Position numbers and translations under genes: made by a program | The notes under the pieces: generated by a model | Database searches by the model: none | The model's input: the letters and a program-made list of their open reading frames with translations, nothing else | Told to the model about the DNA's origin: nothing | Shown here: one piece after another, positions 1 to 7,256 of the stretch | Numbering within the stretch: position 1 is the stretch's first letter | How the letters are laid out: each line of letters starts with the position of its first letter | NCBI GenBank assembly: GCA_041631255.1 | Contig: JBFKKL010000001.1 | Coordinates: 1 to 48,124, forward strand | Source: Candidatus Woesearchaeota archaeon | GTDB lineage: Archaea > Nanobdellota > Nanobdellia > Woesearchaeales > UBA583 | Direction of reading: 5' to 3' | DNA: 48,124 nt

Positions 1-141
1 AAGGTTGCACATCACTTCTAAAATGTCCTCTAACTCAATACAAATTCGATGCACAAGGTCATAAGACAATATTCATTGATTATTCATTACCAATCACTCA
101 AGCCTTAGGTAGATACACAGAACATTTCAATTTAGTTTCAG
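1..141. repeat. Terminal direct repeat, copy 1 (identical to 47984-48124)
   Basis: Compared base by base, all 141 nt are identical. The repeat lies inside an ORF that continues in frame across the junction. Confidence 0.95.
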
Positions 142-815
142 GGTCAAGAAATTCTACAGTTAATGTTCGATTTGATATAAGTACTCCAAGACTTTTAACT
201 CAACCTCTTGAACTAGACCCACAATGTACAAGTGATGCACCATTTGATATTCAGGCTAAATGTTATCAGAAATTAGCAGAATACAATTTGGAGATTGTAA
301 CTAATTTCAATAAATACTTAACTGAGATAAATATTGATGACGTTTGTAAGGATTACAGACAAATCGAATATGTAATTGGCGATAGTTATCCTGAAGAAGT
401 TGTTGAGACTAATAAGCAATTACGAAACGAGAATGCCGATTTGAGAACTAAATTAGATTTAAAGAATGAAGAACTTCTAAACTGTAAAGATGAACAAATT
501 CAACAACGAGACAACTTTCAAAAGACTATCAATGAAAAGGAAGAAGAGAAAGTTGCTCTAGCAAAAGAAAGTGTGAAAAGTGAATACGCTAAAGATAGAC
601 AAACTGAAATTGAGAAAGCAGAGTTCAGAGAGAAATATGGGGGAAAAATTAAATGGCTTCTTTTCATTGCAACAGCAATACCTTTCGGGCTAATTATCTA
701 TTCGGAATTCGTAAGACATAAGAGTCTAAGAAGAAGTAATATGCCGACAGATATATTGTTCATTATCATGATAGTGTTTCTAGTATGTTGGTTAGCGTCA
801 TTAATTTTCATCTAA
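1..815 (+). CDS. 3' part of the junction-spanning gene: coiled-coil region and C-terminal TM helices
   Basis: Codons in phase 3 from position 3 are in frame with the 288..815 track ORF, whose TTG start is an artefact. K/E-rich coiled coil, then hydrophobic segments WLLFIATAIPFGLIIY and ILFIIMIVFLVCWLASLIFI. Confidence 0.8.
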   Translation, partial: GCTSLLKCPLTQYKFDAQGHKTIFIDYSLPITQALGRYTEHFNLVSGSRNSTVNVRFDISTPRLLTQPLELDPQCTSDAPFDIQAKCYQKLAEYNLEIVTNFNKYLTEINIDDVCKDYRQIEYVIGDSYPEEVVETNKQLRNENADLRTKLDLKNEELLNCKDEQIQQRDNFQKTINEKEEEKVALAKESVKSEYAKDRQTEIEKAEFREKYGGKIKWLLFIATAIPFGLIIYSEFVRHKSLRRSNMPTDILFIIMIVFLVCWLASLIFI

Positions 816-843
816 AAAACACGCCCTTTTTTAAATAAAAAAT
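816..843 (+). promoter_or_regulatory. Promoter cassette AAAAACACGCCC-TTTTTTAAATAAAA (33-bp exact repeat of 45331-45363)
   Basis: 811-843 is identical to 45331-45363. In the second copy the TATA centre is about 27 nt from the ATG at 45381. Here it predicts a start near 857. Confidence 0.6.
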
Positions 844-1177
844 GTCAAGTAAAAGTATGGTTCAAGAAATCAATTATAAAGGTAAAACTCTTCTAATAGA
901 GATTAGTGAGAGAGAACCATTTTGGAGTTTGGATGCGAACGGAGAATTAGTTTCGAAAGAGGATAATCCTAATGAAGTTGATGAATCGATTTGTCCAAAC
1001 ATTACAGAACAAATTTATGAAGGGATAATCGAGAACATTGAAACTTATTTCAAAGAGATAGTTGATGAGGGTATCCCTTTTGATAGTTACAGGTGTGAGG
1101 AAGAGGCTTTAATAGATATAAATATTGAGGGTTATGAATCACTAGACGATTTCAACATAAAAGTTGAATTACAATAA
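842..1177 (+). CDS. Acidic hypothetical protein (the leaderless start may be the ATG at 857)
   Basis: 111-aa ORF. The TATA at 829-837 is too close to 842, whereas the second ATG at 857 has the spacing expected for a leaderless mRNA. Confidence 0.6.
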   Translation: MSSKSMVQEINYKGKTLLIEISEREPFWSLDANGELVSKEDNPNEVDESICPNITEQIYEGIIENIETYFKEIVDEGIPFDSYRCEEEALIDINIEGYESLDDFNIKVELQ

Positions 1178-1184
1178 AAGGAAA

Positions 1185-1424
1185 ATGGGATTATTTAATA
1201 GAGAACCAAGACAACCAATTGAAGAAAAGAAAAGCGATATGCCTCCTGCATTCGAAGAGTTAACATCTAAAGTACAAGTTAACATCAGAACTTCATGTAC
1301 AACTGAACATAGAATCAATAGAGAGGAATTACTCAAAGCATTAGGAATAAATAAAAGACCTAACGATAGTTTATTGATGTTCACAGAAGGAGAAGACATT
1401 ATAATTAAGTTAGAGGAACAATGA
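1185..1424 (+). CDS. Hypothetical protein (79 aa)
   Basis: The track ORF 1164.. overlaps the upstream stop. The first ATG at 1185 follows AAGGAAA. Confidence 0.55.
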   Translation: MGLFNREPRQPIEEKKSDMPPAFEELTSKVQVNIRTSCTTEHRINREELLKALGINKRPNDSLLMFTEGEDIIIKLEEQ

Positions 1425-1702
1425 GATTAGACGAAGAAGGAAACATAGAGATACCTGACAAGGTTGTAGCAATCGTATTAATAATCGTATTAACTTTAGT
1501 TGTTGGTATGCTCTATATTTTAAAAGACCCTGAGATGATTCGCCCTGAGTCACAAGTCACAAACTTTTCATTTAGCGAATCTGAGGAGTGTAAAAGATTA
1601 GATTTTGTGTCAGGAAGTGTAGAGATTAGGTGCACTCAAACTAAATGTGTAAATATTCAAGATGAGAAGTATTGCAGTAAGGAGGAAACAATTTACAGAT
1701 GA
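1421..1702 (+). CDS. Small membrane-anchored Cys-containing protein
   Basis: ATGA overlap with the upstream gene. TM segment VVAIVLIIVLTLVVGMLYIL. Confidence 0.6.
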   Translation: MRLDEEGNIEIPDKVVAIVLIIVLTLVVGMLYILKDPEMIRPESQVTNFSFSESEECKRLDFVSGSVEIRCTQTKCVNIQDEKYCSKEETIYR

Positions 1703-1797
1703 AAGTAGATATGAATTTAGTAATGATAGTTTTCTTATCAATATACATAATAGCATCAATAATATTGTATCCTAAACTAATTAAGAGGCTTAATTAA
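1699..1797 (+). CDS. Tiny hydrophobic protein (32 aa)
   Basis: ATGA-coupled ORF below the track cut-off: MKVDMNLVMIVFLSIYIIASIILYPKLIKRLN. Confidence 0.4.
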   Translation: MKVDMNLVMIVFLSIYIIASIILYPKLIKRLN

Positions 1798-1799
1798 GA

Positions 1800-2384
1800 A
1801 TGAAACATAAGATAGGAATTAGAATTGAGAATCAGGAACAAATACCTAAGAAGTGGACTATGGTTGATTATTTAATCAATAATGGAGTAATTAAGTTATC
1901 AAACAAATCTGAATATCGTATGAGACCTTTTGATTCAAAGAAACATGTCATGTTAAGATATTTCCTTTACACGATAATTGATTTACATGCTGAGGGTAAA
2001 AAGAATTTCGGATTCAATCAAATTGTACTTAAGATGAACGAGAATCAAGATAAGTATGATATGAGGACTATGGAGAAGATTAAATATGACACAGAAGTAA
2101 TCTATTCAAAGAAATATCATCTAAACAAACAATTACCTCAACTAAAGAAGATTACGAAAGAACAATATGTGAAAGAGAATGTGTCACGTGCATTAAAGAA
2201 ATATAGTAAGAATCGTAACAGAATCAAAGACAACATTTATTGTTCAATCTATTTATGTTTAGGGAACTTTCTTGAAGTAATTTATTTACAAGATAGTCAA
2301 AATAAAATTCAAAAATATTATTATTTATCTCAAGAAGGAAAGAAACTTGCAAAGAAAGTTTTGAAAGAAAATTATGTTTTTTAG
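1800..2384 (+). CDS. Hypothetical basic protein (194 aa)
   Basis: ORF starting 3 nt after the previous stop, the last gene of the plus-strand block. Confidence 0.6.
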   Translation: MKHKIGIRIENQEQIPKKWTMVDYLINNGVIKLSNKSEYRMRPFDSKKHVMLRYFLYTIIDLHAEGKKNFGFNQIVLKMNENQDKYDMRTMEKIKYDTEVIYSKKYHLNKQLPQLKKITKEQYVKENVSRALKKYSKNRNRIKDNIYCSIYLCLGNFLEVIYLQDSQNKIQKYYYLSQEGKKLAKKVLKENYVF

Positions 2385-2484
2385 AAAAAATTTGGAGATG
2401 TGTCTCCCAACACACTCACACGTTTCACCTGTGTGTGCGTAAGTTTTCTTAGTTTGTGTGTAATTTTGAGCCTATAAATGTAAA

Positions 2485-2518
2485 ATTAGGATTCAGGTCG
2501 CCATAAGTGAATCCTAAT
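2485..2518. other. Perfect 10-bp stem hairpin (ATTAGGATTC / GAATCCTAAT, 14-nt loop)
   Basis: Read directly. It lies in the non-coding region just downstream of the TATA-like CCTATAAATG at 2471-2480. Confidence 0.6.
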
Positions 2519-2841
2519 ATATAATAAAAGTGTTTTGATAAAACCTTTTAAGCAACGAAAACACAAACACAAACTTATTTAAATAATCAAGTCCATAAAT
2601 TAATTGTACAGGACTGAGGTCTTTCTTCCTAGAAAAACTCCTGCTGAATGACAGAAACTCAGATAAGTCTTCCCCAAGCGAACAGTGGAACTAGGCGGTT
2701 AATGTTTAGTGATTTGAAAGCCAATAGTCGCAAACAAAATCACAAGACGAGGCGAGATTCCTTGTCACCATTTGTGTTAAATTGAAACTTATTGCATTAT
2801 TCCTCCACGGGGCTAATTAAAAATTTCATTTTTAGATAAAA

Positions 2842-2870
2842 TTGGGAGTTCAACTGTCCGAAACTCCCAA
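2842..2870. other. Perfect 9-bp stem hairpin (TTGGGAGTT / AACTCCCAA, 11-nt loop)
   Basis: Read directly. On the minus strand it is followed by a T-rich run (TTTTATCTAAAAATGAAATTTTT). Confidence 0.6.
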
Positions 2871-3204
2871 GAATCTGCCAAATAAAAAACCTAAACCCTA
2901 AAATTCTAACAGTATGGCGTCTATACATACCAAATATGAAATTAAGCGATTTGAGAGCACTTTTTAGTGAAAATGACTTATGAGTCGTAAGAAGTGCAAT
3001 TAGAAGGCGTTTAAATATGATATAAGGGCATTTTAGACAGTTTTTCAAAAACTCATACAGAAATTGTATGATTAATTAATTTAACTTCGCCTAATATTTA
3101 AAACACGAAGTTTATTTCTTGAAAACATATTAGTTGACAACTATATTTAATCAGAATCAAATAAAACCTCTCCACTTTTCGTTACACTTTTTAGCCTTGC
3201 GAAC

Positions 3205-3225
3205 AAAACACGCCATTTTATAAAT
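3205..3225 (+). promoter_or_regulatory. Integrase promoter AAAACACGCCA-TTTTATAAAT
   Basis: 21-nt exact match to the reverse complement of 40713-40733. The TATA ends 23 nt before the ATG at 3249 (leaderless geometry). Confidence 0.65.
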
Positions 3226-3248
3226 TCTAAAATTTCAGTTAAAGTATA

Positions 3249-3938
3249 ATGAACAGAAAAGAGTTTGCAAAAATATTGGCAAGACAATTCAGAAAAGAAG
3301 GTTTTGACAATCCAACAGATTACAAAGAGATTCTTAGGAACTTAAGAACTGAGTTGCCTGAAGTGAAAGGCAAGAAAAGAAATAAGAAATTACCTGAGTT
3401 TTTAACTATTGAAGAGGCACGAACATTCATCAATACTGCTCACATGATAGCAACCAAAGATGAGAAGAAAGGAATAATTGCCGAGACATTCATCAAAACA
3501 GGTATGAGAAATTCTGAGTTATGTAAATTAAGAATCGAGAACATTGATTTCGAGAAAGGGATATTCAAGATAGTTGAAGGGAAAGGAAGGAAAGATAGAT
3601 TCGGTCTAATGTCTCAAGATATTCTAAGGTCAATAATTAGAATCACCAAAGGTAGAAAGACAGGTTATGTGTTCTTGAATAAGTACGGTGATAGATATTC
3701 TGAAAGGTCAATGCAATATATAATCAAAGAAATCAAGGAGAAAGCAGGGATAATTAAAGACATTCATCCACACAGTTTACGTCATTCATTTGCAACTATA
3801 CTTGCAGAGGCAGGAGTTGATATTAGAAAGATTCAGAAACTACTTGGGCATGACGACATTAGAACTACAACAATTTATGAACATATGGCAATAGGTCACG
3901 AGAAAGAAGAGATATTGAAAATAACAGGTGGAATTTAA
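3249..3938 (+). CDS. Tyrosine recombinase / integrase (XerC/D-like, short form)
   Basis: Catalytic signature: GMRNSEL (Arg), HPHSLRHSFAT (H-x-x-R), LLGHDDIRTTTIYEH (His...Tyr). Confidence 0.9.
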   Translation: MNRKEFAKILARQFRKEGFDNPTDYKEILRNLRTELPEVKGKKRNKKLPEFLTIEEARTFINTAHMIATKDEKKGIIAETFIKTGMRNSELCKLRIENIDFEKGIFKIVEGKGRKDRFGLMSQDILRSIIRITKGRKTGYVFLNKYGDRYSERSMQYIIKEIKEKAGIIKDIHPHSLRHSFATILAEAGVDIRKIQKLLGHDDIRTTTIYEHMAIGHEKEEILKITGGI

Positions 3939-3964
3939 AGTAATTTTAAATTTTATAAAAAGAA

Positions 3965-4651
3965 TTAGTTAAATATTCCATCAAGAATCCATCCAATGAA
4001 TTTACCAAACCACCCAACTTTAGGTTTCTCAGAAGGAGTACTAGAACCTCCTCCTCCTGCACCAACATTATTTTGTTGAGAGTTATCGTCATCAGACAGG
4101 TCAACAATTTCATTAGAAGGATTTTGGACAGGTTCTTCTTCTCCAACCTCAACATTATAGTTAGGAGTATCTAAAGAGACTTTATTAGTTGGAACTTTAG
4201 GCTCAACTTGTGGCTCAGGCTCTTCGTAATAAAAATGAATTGCATTAGTTACTGTCTCATAAGTATGGTTATCAATTGTGATTACAACAGGCACACCATA
4301 ATGTTTTGACATCACACCAAATTTCTTATCATTTGTGTAAACTTCAAAATAAGGTACTTGTCCTTGAATATTTAAATTCTGAAAAGAACACTCTCCTCTA
4401 AGTTCTCTAGTTTGAGTTTTACCTAAATATTCGAACATAACTTCTTTAGATTCACAATCAACAGAGAAATTCTGAGCAGTATTTGGCACATTAAAATTCT
4501 CAATTTTAAATTCTCCACCTTTCACATTTTCATTAGTCTTAAAGAAAATAAAAGATGCTCCTCCACCTCCATAACTAAATACGGACGCCATTGAACCAAC
4601 AATCACAAAAAGAGCGATTACAAGTTTGGATAATTTATTTACAATTTCCAT
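3965..4651 (-). CDS. Secreted or membrane-anchored protein with Gly tracts
   Basis: N-terminal signal anchor LVIALFVIVGSMASVF. GGGG runs. First gene behind a strong leaderless promoter. Confidence 0.65.
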   Translation of the reverse strand: MEIVNKLSKLVIALFVIVGSMASVFSYGGGGASFIFFKTNENVKGGEFKIENFNVPNTAQNFSVDCESKEVMFEYLGKTQTRELRGECSFQNLNIQGQVPYFEVYTNDKKFGVMSKHYGVPVVITIDNHTYETVTNAIHFYYEEPEPQVEPKVPTNKVSLDTPNYNVEVGEEEPVQNPSNEIVDLSDDDNSQQNNVGAGGGGSSTPSEKPKVGWFGKFIGWILDGIFN

Positions 4652-4692
4652 AGTTTTATAGGGTTTGTTTTATTTATAAAAGTGCGTGTTTT
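4652..4692 (-). promoter_or_regulatory. Promoter cassette AAAACACGCAC-TTTTATAAATAAAACAAACCCTATAAAAC
   Basis: Nearly identical to 27954-27988 and 30012-30046. There are 19 nt between the TATA and the ATG at 4651. Confidence 0.7.
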
Positions 4693-5801
4693 CATTTCTG
4701 TATGATTAATGGAGTTTTTGTCGCATATACATAAGTGTCAACATAATTTATAACAAAAGATTTCAAAACTCTATCATAAGTTTTAAGATACTCTTCAGGA
4801 AAATCAAATTGATTACAGAATTCTATATCTCGAACTTTCACTGAGTTCAAATTATTTTTTGCATCAGGAATTAAACATAGTGCATTCACTCTTGCAACAA
4901 TTTCATTTTTATAATCACTAGAAACGTAATTTCCTTTAGAAAAGACTTTTTTCAAATTAAGAGTCCATTCAACATCTTCGACTTCATTAACTCCATTTAA
5001 CATGGCATATCTTTTCTGCCAAAACTTTTCGTTATAAATCGTACAACCTGCATTAGCATTATCTCTTCCGTTGAAATTATAGATTGAACATTGGTAAGTC
5101 TCTGACCCTAATTGTCCTGTAGCGTCAAGATAATGAGTAATTTCATGCATAAACACATTTTCGAGAGTATTAAAAAACTCTCCATCTGATTTAGTATCAT
5201 TTCTAATTTCATCCAATGCAATATAGATATTTGTATCATTGTAAATAATAATTCCTAAAACATCATATTCAAGATTATTTAAATTAGAGATGTAATCTTG
5301 TTCAACAAAATAGGCATCAAGTTCACCTTCAATATCTATCCCGTAATAAAAAGATTGGTTCATTTCAAATCTATCAACAGCATCGAAAAGCACAGTTTGA
5401 TAATTCTCATCTTTCAAAACTCTTTCAGTATCAAGTGTGAAAATTGGAGCAAGACCAACAATAAATATTAACAATGCAATAGAGAAAACTAAAATATGTT
5501 TTATTTCAACTGCCAAAGGACTTCTATATTTAGCGATTATGTTATGCACAAAATAAAGTACAATCATAATTATTCCGAAGATATACCAAACAGAGTATCT
5601 AAAAGTTAAATCGAAAAAATAATCAAAAAAAATTATTGCGGGATAGAAGAGCATATTTGAAATAAAAGAATAGAACGCTATTTGAAATTCAGGCAATCCA
5701 AGAACACTAAGCCTACTAAAGAGTTGAAACACTGAATAGAAAACACCAATCAAAAGATAATAACCAAGATAATTCAATTCCTTTTTCAATCTTTTATTCA
5801 T
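4692..5801 (-). CDS. Polytopic membrane protein with a C-terminal HExxH metallopeptidase-like domain
   Basis: Multiple N-terminal TM helices. FMHEITHYLD contains HEITH. The likely start is the ATG at 5801, ATGA-coupled to the upstream gene. Confidence 0.5.
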   Translation of the reverse strand: MNKRLKKELNYLGYYLLIGVFYSVFQLFSRLSVLGLPEFQIAFYSFISNMLFYPAIIFFDYFFDLTFRYSVWYIFGIIMIVLYFVHNIIAKYRSPLAVEIKHILVFSIALLIFIVGLAPIFTLDTERVLKDENYQTVLFDAVDRFEMNQSFYYGIDIEGELDAYFVEQDYISNLNNLEYDVLGIIIYNDTNIYIALDEIRNDTKSDGEFFNTLENVFMHEITHYLDATGQLGSETYQCSIYNFNGRDNANAGCTIYNEKFWQKRYAMLNGVNEVEDVEWTLNLKKVFSKGNYVSSDYKNEIVARVNALCLIPDAKNNLNSVKVRDIEFCNQFDFPEEYLKTYDRVLKSFVINYVDTYVYATKTPLIIQK

Positions 5802-6106
5802 AACCAAGTCCTCACAAGTAATGCTCCAATCATTGCAATTATCAAATCCCAAACAATATCTTTAATTGTCTCTTCTCTAAAAAATATTCCGTAGAGCAAG
5901 AATTCAAACACCTCATACATGATAAGCATCACAAAAATAACAAACAAAGGATTAGAGATTTTGTATTTATCCAAAAGAAAATATATTATTGCACCTGAAA
6001 AGAAATGCACAACAGACCAAAGATTAAGAAAAATAAAACTATTTTCATAAATCACTGTATTCAAAAAGATTCCAACTTTATTTTCAATTAATGTCTCTTT
6101 CGTCAT
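5798..6106 (-). CDS. Small multi-TM membrane protein
   Basis: 102 aa, three hydrophobic segments. Confidence 0.6.
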   Translation of the reverse strand: MTKETLIENKVGIFLNTVIYENSFIFLNLWSVVHFFSGAIIYFLLDKYKISNPLFVIFVMLIMYEVFEFLLYGIFFREETIKDIVWDLIIAMIGALLVRTWL

Positions 6107-6115
6107 TTTAACCTA

Positions 6116-6484
6116 TTATTCTAATTTTTTTATTATGTCTCTTTTTATATGCTCTAAAGGTCTGTCACATGTATCAACAAATGCAGTTGAAATGGTGCTA
6201 GATTTGTTTCCCTTTGCAGAAGAGATTACATAACACCCGACGTTTATTCCTTTTATATATTCATATATTTTTATTGTAAAAGTTTCATTCCATCTTTTAG
6301 AGAAATACACAAAATCAGGCAATCTCTTAACATTTTCACTTCTTACCACCACACTTTCATTAATATTGTCTACAGATATATACATTGGACTTTTACTTTT
6401 GGGTTCTACCTTTTTCACATCAATATTTCTATCGTGTGCACGTCTTCCGTCACTTCCTTTTTTTACTTTGATTGTTCGTTTCAT
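6116..6484 (-). CDS. Protein with the shared basic N-terminal module (KRTIKVK...H.R...VEPKSKSP), paralog 1
   Basis: The N-terminus aligns with the ORFs at 17781 and 18874. VEPKSKSP is identical to the 17781 ORF. Confidence 0.6.
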   Translation of the reverse strand: MKRTIKVKKGSDGRRAHDRNIDVKKVEPKSKSPMYISVDNINESVVVRSENVKRLPDFVYFSKRWNETFTIKIYEYIKGINVGCYVISSAKGNKSSTISTAFVDTCDRPLEHIKRDIIKKLE

Positions 6485-6501
6485 TTTTTATTTTTACCAA
6501 A

Positions 6502-6575
6502 TAACGAGTAAAGGATTTGAACCTTTGACTTTCGGAGCATGAATCCGAATCTCTACCTAACTGAGTTAACTCGTT
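6502..6575 (-). tRNA. tRNA with anticodon CAU (Met, or Ile2 if C34 is modified); no encoded CCA
   Basis: Cloverleaf folded by hand. Acceptor AACGAGT/ACTCGTT, D arm ACTC-AGTTAGGTA-GAGA, anticodon stem TCGGA/TCCGA with loop TTCATGC, variable loop AAGTC, T arm AAAGG-TTCAAAT-CCTTT, discriminator A. Confidence 0.85.
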
Positions 6576-6590
6576 ACAAAAAAAGTGGAA

Positions 6591-6809
6591 TTATTTCCAC
6601 CACTTGAAAGCCTTACCAATAAGATAAACTGTTCCCGCACCAACAAGTATGTAAACAGAATTTTCTAACACAGGCATCGAACCTAATAAATAATTTACTA
6701 GATTAAAAGACTTTCCCATAAGACTTGTAACTCCTACAAGCCCCCAATTCAAACCACCTACAGCAGTAAGTGTCATACTAACATTTCCTAAAATTTTATT
6801 TCGTGCCAT
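6591..6809 (-). CDS. DUF378-like small membrane protein (two TM helices)
   Basis: GGLNWGLVGV...LVNYLLG...VYILVGAGTVY matches the DUF378 pattern from memory. Confidence 0.6.
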   Translation of the reverse strand: MARNKILGNVSMTLTAVGGLNWGLVGVTSLMGKSFNLVNYLLGSMPVLENSVYILVGAGTVYLIGKAFKWWK

Positions 6810-6821
6810 TTTTCTTTTTTT

Positions 6822-7202
6822 TTATTTGTATGTGTCAATAACAGTGAATGCACCAACAACAATTAATTGTCCTCCTGTAAAAGACAATAGACCTTCCCAT
6901 CCTAGAAGATTTGCAATAGCGTAAATACCAACTGCAAGAGTGATAATGAATGTGATTAATTCGCCACTATCAAAAGATTTTATTCTATTAATTACATTTG
7001 AGGGCTTAATCCCTAAAGACATAAATTGTAGAAGTACCGCAACCAAACTAACTACAGCAATGACTTCAGCAGTAACATCACTAAGCCCAACTTTAATGAT
7101 TAAATCTTCTATAACAAAACCTAGAGCCATCATACCAAGCCCAAATGCAGTAAGCACTATTTTAGTTCTAGTTGAAAGTTTTTTTTGATTACGTTTAACC
7201 AT
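6822..7202 (-). CDS. Multi-TM membrane protein
   Basis: 126 aa, four hydrophobic segments. Confidence 0.6.
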   Translation of the reverse strand: MVKRNQKKLSTRTKIVLTAFGLGMMALGFVIEDLIIKVGLSDVTAEVIAVVSLVAVLLQFMSLGIKPSNVINRIKSFDSGELITFIITLAVGIYAIANLLGWEGLLSFTGGQLIVVGAFTVIDTYK

Positions 7203-7256
7203 TTTTTATTTTTTTTAGTGACTAACTCATACTGCGTTTAAGCAATCCTTTGGGCG

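Noticed and set aside
1-141. The terminal 141-bp direct repeats could be LTR-like ends of a transposon or true phage direct terminal repeats.
   Set aside because: The repeat lies inside a continuous in-frame ORF (47389 through 815) with no stop or signal at the boundary. An assembly overlap of a circular or permuted genome is the simplest reading. Physical termini cannot be excluded without read data.
288-815. Track ORF 288..815 as an independent 175-aa gene.
   Set aside because: Its start is a TTG and the frame is open all the way upstream to position 3. It is in phase with the ORF running off the other end of the window, so it is the 3' part of the junction-spanning gene.
2611-2815. The GC-rich core could be a tRNA or tRNA fragment, since the sequence ...CCTTGTCACCA resembles an acceptor end.
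   Set aside because: Folding by hand gave no T arm or acceptor pairing, and there is no GTTCRAnnC-type T loop.
2797-3048. An 83-aa minus-strand ORF in the large non-coding region.
   Set aside because: It has no promoter or coupling context, its sequence is hydrophobic and basic junk-like, and it reads through a perfect hairpin. It is treated as non-coding, although a small gene cannot be strictly excluded.
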